Assembly: GCF_963853765.1 (NCBI RefSeq)
Contig: NC_088861.1
Span: 16,120,001 to 16,184,000 of the forward strand
DNA: 64,000 bases
Reading direction: 5' to 3'
From: Magallana gigas
Taxonomy: Eukaryota
Within the stretch, counting starts at the first letter, position 1. Each line of letters begins with the position of its first letter. The notes under the pieces are model-generated. The model had not been told where the DNA came from. It searched no databases and saw nothing but the letters and a program-made list of their open reading frames with translations. The translations under genes and the position numbers were made by a program. This document shows positions 13,148 to 25,400 of this stretch, in pieces.

Positions 13148-13323
13148 AAGAACCAACAGCAATTAAAAATAGAGAACAATTTAAGTTTTATTAACATCTG
13201 ACATTCACTTTAACTTGTAGATTTGAACGTTGACAATAAAAGCAGAAAAGTACAGAGATGTAGCCGACAATATAGAAATATATAACAGATATGATAAATC
13301 CAATGCTCAATGTTGTTCATTGT

Positions 13324-16300
13324 CTATTTCAATCCTAGAAACTTTCTAATTCTTCTTCTCCATCCATTCTTTTTCTTCTCCAAATTATTTGATGGAATCT
13401 AAAGAACAAGAAAGAATTCAGCCATGAATATACGTATTAATAAAGACTTCACAGAAAAAAAATTCGCCAGATGATAATACATATATATGAGAACAGTTCT
13501 AAAATAACTACATATACATGTACCTCCATTTTCTCTTCGTCGTCGCCTTCGTTTTCATCATCAACAACGTAGCAGGCACCATCTAAGGACTCTGGGGGTA
13601 GTTCAAGCTCTGCTGATGCCACAAGGCTTGATAGGTCTGGAAAACTCGGACCCTGCGAAGGTAGAATGTTTAATTTTTAGTACGGGTATATACTTTACAG
13701 GTTATGCAACTTCCATGTACATGTACATAAAGAAACACAGTAAAACGATTAAATGAAGAATAAGGCACAAAACTCTTTTCCCTCTTTGTCATATATGATA
13801 AGATGCATGCATTTAAAATATATTTCAATCAAATTGTGACCAAATTATAGTACAGTTTTGAGACAATTTTCAAAGCAGGAATTTGAAAGGGAAACATATA
13901 GCAGGAACAATAACTCTGCATAAAGAACTTTTTATTTGACGTCATGCAGTTTGTAACTTTTTACCTGGAGTAGATGGTCATCATCAGTTTGCTTGAAACT
14001 GATGATGTTGAACAGGAACAGCTTTCTCGGTACGAACTCCTCGTACGCCTCCTCCTCCAATAGTTTCAACTTTTTCCTTTCAGTGTTAGTTTGCTATAAA
14101 AAATAAAATCGAAAATTGTATGTCATATTCCATGAATAAAATTTCCTTTATGATAGCGTGTGTGAATTGGTCTATATAGTATATAATTTGCTATAATATT
14201 AATTATGCTGCATTGTCATGCATTTTCATATCATACATGTATTCTTACCAGTAGCTCGTCAAACACTAACTGCATCCTTTTCATCATCTTTTGTGTTTGT
14301 GTTTCCTGTTGAGCGTGAATTGTCTAGGGAAAAGAAATAATAAATATAAAAATGCAACTGTATTTGATTTTATGTGTATATTGTTATAATCAGATATATA
14401 TGTACATTAGCTTACCATAAGTTCTGCACAAACTTCACTCATTTTCTCTTTGATCTGCATAGTCCTTTGCTGAGCATGGAAAGTCTGAAGAAAGAAAGAT
14501 TAAATGAAAATTACGACTTAACAACTGATAATATGAAAACATATACTTGTATTTCAAAACATGCAACGTATAAACAATTTGATTCAGTACCGTTGACTTT
14601 ACTCGTACATTTATTTAAATGCACTCACCATTAGCTCTGCAAAAACTCTAGCCATGAGTTTCTTCGACGTCCTTATCTTTTGCTGAGAATGAAACATCTA
14701 TTGGAAAAAGTAATGATACACTTAAAAATGTTTTAAAAGCAAACATCATATGTTGATTGGAAGCATTTAGTAAAGTATAGTTTATTAGCTAAAAACCACA
14801 TGGTTTATAGGCATTGTATAAATACATGTAAATAAATAATCAATGTGAACAAATTTTTTGGCAGTACACATGCAGACACATCTGCCATTATGAGATATTA
14901 CCACAAATGTACAATGTAAATAATTACATAAAAAAAGAAAAGAAAAATGTACATATATGTATCTTATAATATTTATATTATCACATTAGGAGGATAATAT
15001 ACATATTAACTAAAGCAAATTATTTCTATACTCTGTGGCTATAAATCATAATTGATTCTTGATCAAAAATTTTGAAAATACATGTATTTCATAAAATATA
15101 AATAAGCTTACCATTATCTCTGTTAAAACTGTACGCATTTGCTCCTTAATCTTTTCAGCCTTTCGTTGTTCTTGAAATGTCTGTTTAGAAATTAAAATAA
15201 AACATTAACTGGTTTCATATGTATTGAGGCATTATAAAAACACTGTTTTAGCATTGATTGATTGATTGATTAGCTGTAATATAGAAACTATATGTCATTT
15301 TTTTTTTACTGTTGTCTTTGCTTACCCTTAACTCTGCAAAAAGTTCACGCATTTGTCTTCTGTGAATTTTTATTTTCTGCTTATCATGGAATGTCTGTAA
15401 AAATTGAAATAAATTGTTTACATACACGTGCGTGTATTTCATATCTTATAATCCCAATCTTGATTTTATTAATATTTTGTGTGTACAATAACTTACCATA
15501 AGCTCTTGAAGAACTTCATCCATTCTCCCTTTGTTTTTCTGGATGTTTTGTTGAACGTGAAATGTCTGTTAAATCGAAATAAAATCAAGACTCTTTAAGA
15601 TTATATCATACTTTATTAATTTATCTATTAACAAATAAATTGAATTTTAAAATTTACAACAAATATGAATGATATACCATAAGCTCTTCAAAAACTCCGA
15701 TCATTTGTACTTTTATTTTTTTGGTGTGCGTCTCGGATTGATAATTCTGAAAAATTTATATAAATATGACAACAATGCTTTATACCTGCAGATTATGATA
15801 GTTTAAAATATTTACAATAGTGAAAAAGTGCTTACCAATAGTTCCTCCATTTCAACCACTCTCCTTTCTTTATTCTTCAGCAATTTCACTTGCATTGGTT
15901 GGTCCTGAAAATATGCAATATGAAGCTAGATTATTAATTTTGTTTATAATTTATTTCATTCCTTCAGAGATCAATAGTAATAAAATTTGTTCAAAATTTG
16001 CACGAAACAGTATGATTAATTAAAATGAAACAATGTACATCTAAATAATATGAATAAACATGAAGTTTTAATTCCATGTTTAATAATTTGTCAATTATTT
16101 TTAAAAATTCAATTCCACTTACTTGCACAAATAGATCTAAAACAATTGTTTTAGTTGTGCTAATAATAGTTAACTCATAAAGATGTGTAATACCATGGGG
16201 GCTTTCCTTTGGAGAGGCAATTTAGCGAATTTCGCGACCCAAGATGGCATGGATACCTGATAAATGAAATTAAAGAATTTTGCATTTTTTCATTCATTAA

Positions 16301-16874
16301 TCTGCACATTCAAAATTCTACATGGCATTAATTAAAATTTAAGAGTTGGTGTTAGATATCTCAAAGCATTCTTTATAATAACACAGTGTTAATATGAATG
16401 TTTCTGAAAATGAAATGTTTACCAATAAATCCCTCTGGACCTGCCCTGGAGTTCGTCCTCTGTTTCTCCTTTCGATTCGAGTTTGATTCTGCAGAAATAA
16501 AAAAATGAAAACTTACTAGTATCCATAAGTATTACCATTACAGGAACTTAGAATACGAGACGAATATGTTGTCATGTTGTAAATTTTGTATTTACTGCCA
16601 TCCGGTAAATTCAAAATTTACAACATGACAATGTCACGCAATACGTTGAAAGACAAATACCAAATCACTGTTAGCGGGATGCATGCATTTGTTCAGAGAT
16701 ATTAAAAAATTAAAACTTCGATTATCAAGGTGAAACTTAAAATTAGAAAGCAATTCATCAATCGCTTAATGTATCGGATTGGTAAAAGGGTAATTTAATT
16801 CAGACTTTAACCGAGTACACTTTATTTGGAGTTATTTACAGTAAAATAATCATACTTACATTCTTCTTCTCCAT
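13324..16874 (-). CDS. Copy C of the 14-exon helical-repeat gene (344 aa)
   Basis: Exons: 16874-16860, 16488-16423, 16256-16194, 15904-15836, 15746-15678, 15565-15497, 15394-15326, 15180-15112, 14697-14629, 14484-14416, 14323-14249, 14093-13965, 13652-13524, 13398-13324. All GT-AG, phase 0, open. Confidence 0.85.
14768..15041. mobile_element. 274-bp AT-rich insertion specific to copy C intron 8
   Basis: Copies A and B read GCATTTAAATCATAATTG uninterrupted. The insert has imperfect inverted ends (TAG...AGTATAG / CTATACT...CTA). Confidence 0.6.
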
Positions 16875-17062
16875 CCTTCCTTTCGGTTGTAGCAACAACA
16901 ATGATTATGACGTCATAGATAACGATCGTCATTGTGACGTATGTATGACGTAATAAAAAACTCTCTCTCTCTTGCCCATAGGTATGTGGCATACCATAAT
17001 ACCGTACTCGTATATAACATTTGTCGCAGGTCCCTAAAATCAGCTTCAATATATAGCGGTGC

Positions 17063-17745
17063 TATATGTGTTAGTGTGTTAGTGCGACCGTTTATTGTGC
17101 GGAGTTGTGTTATAGCAAACATGTGTTGTGCATAGTTGTGTTAAGGCTATTACGTGTTTTGAAGACTTGTGTTTGCGCTATTGTGTGTTGTGCGGAGTTA
17201 AACTAGCGCAATCGTGTGCTGTGCAGGGTTTTGTTAGCATGACGACCTGTCGTAAAGAGTTGTGACAGCATGTTGTGCAGAGTTGTAGCGCGACCATGAA
17301 TTGTGCAGAGTTGTGTTAGCGTCACCGCGTGTTGTGCGGAGTTGTGTTAGTGCGAAAGTGTGTTGTGCAGAGTTGTATATAGTATAGCGAACATGTGTTA
17401 TACATGGTTGTGTTAGCGCTATCACGCGTTTTGAAGATTTGTCTAAGCGCGACCGTGTGTTGTGCAGAGTTGTGGTAGCGCTATCGTGTGTTGTGGCGAG
17501 TTGTGGTAGCGCAACCATGAGTTGTACAGAGTATTGTTAGCGCAACCGTGTGTTGTGCAGATGTGTGTAAGCGCGACAGGATTTTGTGCAGAGTTGCCAG
17601 TATTAGCGCGAACATATGTTGTCCAGAGTTGTGTTAGCGCGACCATGTATTGTCCAGAGTTGTGTTAGCGCGACCATGTATTGTCCAGAGTTGTGTTAGC
17701 GCGACGAGTGTTGTGCAGGGTTGTGTTATCGTGATCATGTGTTGG
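17063..17745. repeat. Third ~31-bp satellite array, upstream of copy C
   Basis: Same consensus, with consecutive identical units near 17640-17700. Confidence 0.9.
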
Positions 17746-18534
17746 AGGTGGATGTCACGAAAAACCTACTTGTCATTGTCTGGTATTTATGTATATAACT
17801 TTTGACAGCTCAAGACGAAAAGGTCAGAGGTCATTTGAACACTCGGTGTGCAAAGAGATCGAGATAACTGTTTAAGAGTGATTTTAGATTTTTAGCAATA
17901 ATTAGTCATTTTTCGTCCCTTCAAACTTTTATCAGGAATAAAAAAAGAGGACCATTTTATATAGATTTTTCTTTTTACTCTGAGCTATAAACCGAAAATA
18001 TTTTCGGAAAAACAGTTACAGCTGTTTTTAGTTTTGACCTCTATATATCCCTTATCTTTTGTATCTATATTCCCAAAACCTTTTTCGGTCTGCGTATTTG
18101 GGTATTAGGATCCTTATTCTTAAATTGAAATACAACATAATTTACTCGAAAACTCTAGGAGAAACTGTAACACGCGTAAATTTAATTTAATCTATTGGCT
18201 TATAAAACTAGAAGTACTCAATATTTTCCAACAAACTTTGAATATACTTTATTTGCCTGTATTGAAATATGTATTTGTGTTTCATTAAATTTGTTAAATT
18301 TCTAGTATTTTTCTTGTGTAAACCGGAAGTACCGGAAACGGAAGTCCAAATTTATAATATGCACGTGTCATGAAGAATTGCTAAATGACTATATCATTAT
18401 AATTTTACCACCTTTTTCCGTTTAATGTGGATTGAAGAACATTATGATTAAAATACTTTTACCGATTTTGAATTTAAAATTTCGCAATATTTAACCAAAA
18501 ATACGTTATATTTTTGTAAGAGGTAACAATTTCA

Positions 18535-18600
18535 AATTCCCAGCGGGACTCGAACTCATGACTTATAGATTCGTAGAAAAGCCTCTTACCCACTGCACTA
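18535..18600 (-). mobile_element. tRNA-derived SINE-like head within a larger repeat
   Basis: Minus strand TAGTGCAGTGG (A box) ... GAGTTCGAGTCC (B box); no complete cloverleaf evident. Confidence 0.5.
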
Positions 18601-19476
18601 AGAAAGAAACTATTCATAAAATTACCCTTGATTTAGTTGTTTACTAGTATTTCGATGAATAGTACGTCATATCAGGTGCATGTTCCATACCTGATACGAC
18701 CTAAAAAAAAATCGCTGACAAAAGTTAAAATTGTCGAGTGTGGTGTACCGATAGGGTCATTTGCAAAAGAGCAAAAGCGCCTTAGGAACCAAAGCTAAAC
18801 ACGCATAGAAACAACATGCTAGCGCATTTATAACAACACGCTAGTGCGTTAAGGTATTCGATCCATATTAGGACCAAATTTTTCCAATCTTGAAAATCCA
18901 TCATGCATTTAATACTTTAATATTTATTTAAAAACTTTTCGAGTAGAAAATGATTTACCAAGAGAAATTTTCAAAAATAATATTAACTAAACAGTAATTA
19001 ATTAATGAAGATTGCATTAAGGTCTATGGAGACTAGCACATTTCTTAAAATAAAAAAGTAATTACTAGGAATATCAAAAATTGCTTTGGCGGAAAGATGT
19101 ATTTTATCATTATGAATACAAACACTATTGAAAATAAATTTTATACCATGTAGATTTTCTTAGAATTAATTTTTATAAAATAAAAACAAAGGGGGACAAC
19201 TCTTCAAAAAAAAAAGAAAAGGTCATTAATTAGGACACACTCCACTCTTACATATTGATACTTAAATAGGAAAACTATGTCCAAGTATACTGAGTATTAA
19301 GGCCATACATATCTGTTGTGCACCCAGATTCATTAAATCTGAGGCTAATTAACACGTGGTCACGCTTTAACACACAACACGCCGCGTCACGCTAATGCAA
19401 AGTTGTGTTGACACGACGGTATATTGTGTATATCATATACCTAGTAGTGTATCAGCCCTGATACACGTGTTTTGGA

Positions 19477-19955
19477 CTATAGTCTGTCCCAAGATATTTA
19501 TGCTGCATATTTGAACGATTTTTAATAAAAATACACATACCTGTGACTGAAGTGCAATTAAAATCGATGAAAGGGAAAATTCCCAAGATAACTTCATTCA
19601 CACATTATCATTTTTCCCTCGTAAAATTTCACAGGAACGAAAACAGATTTCCTACGGAGATTTATAATGGGGAATGTTGACATCTTTTCTCCATTCGGAA
19701 ATACTCGGGACACCTCGCGCAATTTTTCAACGTTATCATCCGGGCGTCTTCATCATCTTGGCAATGGAAAAACCTCGTAGACTTTTTATTTTTAGCCGTG
19801 TACTGATACCCGACAAGATAGAGGGGGCGTTTCAAAGGGGAAATCTTGGGATTTTTTCATACTATTGAATGAACATCGTCTGAACCAAGAGGTATTTATA
19901 AATATTGAATAATTTAAGAAAATATGCGGCAAAAATATCTTGGGACAGACTATAG
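19477..19955. mobile_element. ~480-bp MITE with ~36-bp TIRs
   Basis: CTATAGTCTGTCCCAAGATATTTATGCTGCATATTT mirrored by AAATATGCGGCAAAAATATCTTGGGACAGACTATAG; a TA duplication is possible. Confidence 0.8.
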
Positions 19956-20757
19956 ATGAGACAGCAACCAAAAGCTAGGGCTGTATCGCCCTCGGGGCTG
20001 ATATTTCTCTGTCTCAGTCCGTCGTCAAGGGGGTGTATTGCCCTCAAATTTAAAATAGCTAATTCCCAAATATCTCTGCTTTGAATTAAGACTAGTTGTG
20101 AAATAACGATATACTATCAAATATATAATACAAAGCATCACCTTACACGTCTGAATATTTTTATTAATTGCTGTGAAAAATGATAATTCAAAAATAGCGC
20201 CAAAGAATGATATGTATCTAAGAAAGGGGAGTAAACCAAACGACGGTTGTTTATTTAGAACAATAGCATGCTTTATTTAATATCAATCAACATTTAAATA
20301 ATAGAGGATATAGAGATTAATCTTAGAAAACCAGAGTTTAGATTGTAAAAAGTAATTGGTTCAAGTAATGGACGCGCTTATGAACGTTCTCAAAAGTATG
20401 GATTTTTATGAATGAAATTTAACAGGAAACTTACGAAATCTCAGTGAAAGACGTTACGAAGTTGCGTAGGATGGAAGTAAGTTGAAGTTTCTCTCTCGAT
20501 AATTTTCAATTCTGGAAGATAGTGCTTAATCTCAGACGACAGACTCCCTTCTACTGTATATTTCAAACGATGTTGGTTTGTCAACTAAGTCCGACAATCG
20601 CTCAGTTCTTAACACATAAAAAGGAAAAAAACGAACAAGTTTTGTAAATCCGAAAATTAATCCATAGCTTCTTCGTGATAAATTATATTCCTTATTTGGA
20701 ATTTGAATTTGAATAAAAGTATTTGATTTTAGATATATGATATAAACAACATCACGT

Positions 20758-20880
20758 ACACTGTTGTTTCGATATCGTCCCTGGTATCAGCCCTCGGATG
20801 GTATCGGTCCGCGCCCTTCGGGCTTGGGCCGATACCAACCGCTCGGGCTGATACCAGGGCCGAGATCAAAACAACAGTGT
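20758..20880. repeat. ~120-bp imperfect GC-rich hairpin
   Basis: Arms ACACTGTTGTTT...CCCTGGTATCAGCCC and GGGCTGATACCAGGG...AAACAACAGTGT around CCTTCGGG. Confidence 0.75.
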
Positions 20881-21694
20881 GATATTCTATATGTACGCGC
20901 CACAGCGAGTTGTGTGTTATATCGCGAAGGCGTGTTGTGAAGAATTTTATTAGTGAAAAGTCGTGTTATAAACAACGCGTCAGTGAGTTGTAATAAACGT
21001 GCAAGTGCGTTGTCATTTTGCGCTACCATGTAGTCACATTGTGTTAGCGCATTATTCCTAACGTCGCGCTAGCGCTTTACTATAAACAGGCTGGTGCCTT
21101 GTGACTTTGTGCCAGTGCATCGTCACTGCGCACTAGCGTGTTGTTCCTAATTTTGCGTCGGCGCGTTGTTAGAAACATGCTAGCGCGTTGTCACTTTGTG
21201 CTAGCGCAATGTCCCTTCGCACTAGTGCGGTGTCTTTCACGACTGTTACACTTTTACAAATGGCTCTATCGGGACACCATATAGTCAAGAATAATGATAA
21301 TCCAACAGAAAAAAACAGTAGGTATTTTCGTCGAAAAAAGTCGAAAAGCCATATAATAAAAAAATTAAAAGGGTCTTTTTGACCAAAAGTCAAAATGTTC
21401 TAATAATACAATGAAAAGGATCGACAAAGTTAATTCATTACACTGTTTTCTCTTTTGATTGTGTTAGGTGTGGTAAATGTTTTCTTGCCTTATTTGAATG
21501 TGACAAAGCAAAATCAAGCGTGTGACGTTGGAATTAGAAAGTTTCAGACGCATATAATTCTTACTAAGATTAAGGGTAAAAACGTATTTTTTGTTCTGTT
21601 CTCCTGGTATAAAGAGCGAATTAATGGATGAGGAAATATTAGAATTTTTGCTATATATTAATTTCAATTGTTATTCACTGAGAGGTTTGTGTAT

Positions 21695-21990
21695 CCAGCC
21701 ACGTAGCATCGGGGGGGGGGGGGGGGGGGGACGGGGGCAGCCCCCCCCCCCCACTTTTTTGCGCCGCAAAGATTTTTCTTAAATTTACATACAAAAAATT
21801 TATTTAACATGGAGTTGCCCCCCCCCTTCTATGGGACCATGTAAAAAAATGAATTAAAAATAAGGAAATAATCAGTGAAATTGAAGTTAAAGAGGTATCT
21901 TACCACCCCCCCCCCCCCACCCCACGGATTAAGATTTTTTGAATGAGTCTGCCCCCCCCCCCACTTTCAAAAACGATGCTACGTGCCTGG
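21695..21990. mobile_element. 296-bp G/C-tract MITE with apparent 3-bp TSD (TAT)
   Basis: TIRs CCAGCCACGTAGCATCG ... CGATGCTACGTGCCTGG; TAT on both sides. Confidence 0.8.
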
Positions 21991-22122
21991 TATCAACAAA
22001 ATTTTGAATGTGATGGAAACGGTAACTTTGACAGACTTTTTAGGTACAATACATTGCCCTAGCTAATTGTGTACGGCTAGTGAAAATAGCATGGAATTTT
22101 TAGCAAATAAATGCAATTTTAC

Positions 22123-22128
<6 letters not shown>

Positions 22129-22204
<76 letters not shown>
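22129..22204. repeat. (CT)n microsatellite
   Basis: Direct inspection. Confidence 0.95.
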
Positions 22205-22207
<3 letters not shown>

Positions 22208-22416
22208 GTACACTATGAATTATTAATACAATTTTGTTTGATCTAAACAAGAATAAAAAGAACTATAACCGAAATTAAAAGTGGTGAAAAAAGTTTAATC
22301 AACGGCATTTGACATCCACTTTAAATTGTGTATTTTAAAAGTTGAGATTAAAAGCAAGCTACAGATGTAGCCGACATGCAATATAGAAATTTGACAACAC
22401 AATTGGTGCTCAATGT

Positions 22417-25400
22417 CTATTTCAATCCAAGAAATCTTAACACTCTTTTCCTCAGTCCACCCTTTTTCGTCTTCTTTGAATGAGTCTAAAAAAGAAAGAA
22501 AGAGTCATGTATAAATGCATTGATGAAAACCTTCATGGATAAATTTTTTTTTTATAAAACGAATTTCCGTAAGATTAATGATTATTGTTATGCGGTAACT
22601 ACCTCCATTTTGTCCACTTCCTCGTCGTCATTTTCATCATCAACAACAGCCTTAGCATCTAGGGATTCTTGGGGTGGTGCAAGTTGGGATGATGCCACGG
22701 GGCTAGATAAGTGTGGAGAACTCGGCTCCTGCGAAGAAGGCAGAATATTTCATATTTTAAAAATACCTTCCATATATGTAATTTACATGTAGTACACAAA
22801 GAAACACAGTTAAACGAATATATAATTGTGAAATGAATAACCTCAAACTCTTTTACATATAGATTTACATTTCAGATGTATTTCAATCAATCAGTTTGTG
22901 ACCAAATTATAGTACAGTGTTGAGACAATTTTCAAAGCAGACTGAATGAAAAAGAAATATGAAGGGGGAGCATAGCAGAAACAAGCAGGAACAATAACTC
23001 TGGATCTAGAACTTCTTATTTGGAACCAGTATGTACCTGGACTAGATGGTCGTCGCTTGATTTAAATGTGCTGATGTTGAACAAGAACAGTTTTCTTGGT
23101 ACAAACTCCTCCTCCTCCAAAAGTTTTAACTTTTTCTTTTCGGAGTTAGTTTGCTAAAAATCAAATTAAAAAAAAGTGTCATTCACATTTCCATGAATAA
23201 AAATGTATGATAGCACATGTAAATTAATTTAAATTATACAATTAGCTAATATATGCTGTCTGGCCATATATTTACATATATACATGTACATCTATATATA
23301 TACTTACCAATAGCTCGGCAAACACAACATCATTATCTCCTTGCTCTTCTGTGTTTTCCGTTGAGCGTGAAACGTCTAGAGAAAAATTCCAATAAATATA
23401 GACTCTTGATTGTTAATATGTGTTGTGTATTCTTGAAATTAAATTCATGCATATGCAACGTATACTATAGTATGTTTAATCATTATTTACATCGCTATGT
23501 ACATTTATTTACCATTAGTTCTGCAAAAATGTCACGCATTCTCTCACTGATCTGTTTAGTTCTTTGCAGAGCATGAAAAGTCTGAAAAAAAATTAATGAA
23601 ATAAAAACTAGGACTTTATAAAATAATTTATGAAAAAATTGTTTTCTCAGCAGGTCCCGGGGTCATAAAAGTTAGACGAGCTCAATTTTGATCTCAGTCT
23701 CTTTTTAGACGGTGGCTATTTATAGCCACTGTCTATTGCTACGGTCCTGACCGGAAGGGTATTTCTCACGGGGACCCTAGCGGATAACGAACGATAACTC
23801 TGTTAGGTACATGTATGCAGTGTTTTATCTACGTGTCGATTTCAGTATGAGAACTCATTTTAATCTTATCAGATATTTTAAGCATTATAGCTGCTAATTA
23901 TTTTGTACATACATTTAAATAATGTATGAAATTGGGTTTTATTTTAAATGAGCCGTTACCCTATCTGCTTACGCGGTATTAATAATATTAATTAAGGCTC
24001 AAACTGCCAGTTTTGACGTTTAACTCTGTATCAGGACTGCATATAAACTATATCACTGCGATAATTGGTCAAGAGATCTCACAATAATTGCTTCTTGTTT
24101 TTTATGATATAAATAATTGTCAGAAACACACTATTTAAACTGGTTTGCCATTTCATATTTCAGCAATTATGCTTCATCGATAAATTCAGCCATTTTCAAC
24201 GCATTAGTTTTAGTTGAGCAGTATATTTTTTGTTGTTGAAGCTTATTCCAAAGAATTCACAACAGATACTCACAATGAATATTACATAAATTACATTTTA
24301 TTGAACTTCAACCGATCAATGGCACAGTTTCTTCTACAAGTGTGCACTAGTGTGTTTTCAAACACACAAAAACTTTAAATTAACGATACAAATGTGTTAA
24401 ATTTTCGACTGACCTGTGATTTACAATGTACCTTATTTCGTACCTCACTCAGTCTGTAGAAACATAAATTTTATTACAGGCACCTCAATATTCATCAGAC
24501 AATATTTACTGCAGATGTTGACGCTTTACTTGCTGCTGACTTTCTCTCAAACACGCTAATCGACGTCGGATTGTAAAATTCACGTGCAAATCGAGTCCCC
24601 ATTTTAAATGTTTATAAACTACATTTTACGATGTTTCAAAGATTTTTAGTTCAGATTTTTTTTTACATATGCTGTAAAACGTCTTGTGGATTTCACGGCG
24701 TGTCAGCTCGTCTATCTCTAATTTGCAGCAAATGCTAGCTTTTTTGTGAGAAAAAACATGCGATATTCCATATACATTTATGGTACATAATGAACGGTAA
24801 TGTAAGAGAGCATCTTTTCTTTGGTTTGGGGGCATTTTTTCACTAACAGATAACATTATTTACATATGTACGTAAACATCGCCCCGTTTGTTCTCAAATG
24901 ATTCTTAATTCGCGAGTACAACTCTATTATGAACTTTCTTCGACATTTGTTTCCAAGTGTTAGCATCATTTTGTCAACATGCATTTACAAATAGGCGGGC
25001 CTATATAAATGCGCCAGTTTGTTGCGACTCACAATTGAAATACACACCGGTTAGAAAGTGTCATCACTTAACACAATGCTTGAAGGCAAAAAAATGTGCT
25101 TCATAGATGACTGTAGAATTCTGCTGAGCTACAGAAATATAGCTTTCCGAAAATATTGCCGGGATTTGCGAACCCTAGATCTATTGTTTAGTACATGCAA
25201 AGAATAAAATCAAAGAAGATAGGCGAATAAGGCGTGTAAAATGCCCATATGAGGAATGATTAGATACGGCAAAATTAAAATATCATTAAATCTGATACTT
25301 TTTTAAAAAATAATTAAAAACAATGTATATTTAACGTAACATCGGATTGTAATCTTTAAATATTTTAAATATACTTGCAATATATTGATTTAAACTGGCG

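Noticed and set aside
18535-18600. tRNA genes here and at 46740-46815
   Set aside because: A and B boxes are present, but acceptor and anticodon stems do not pair properly and both are embedded in repeats; treated as SINE heads.
24626-24856. ORF as an intact transposase or Myb protein of the 3.6-kb element
   Set aside because: Only 76 aa, with no DDE or recognisable SANT motif order; at most a decayed fragment.
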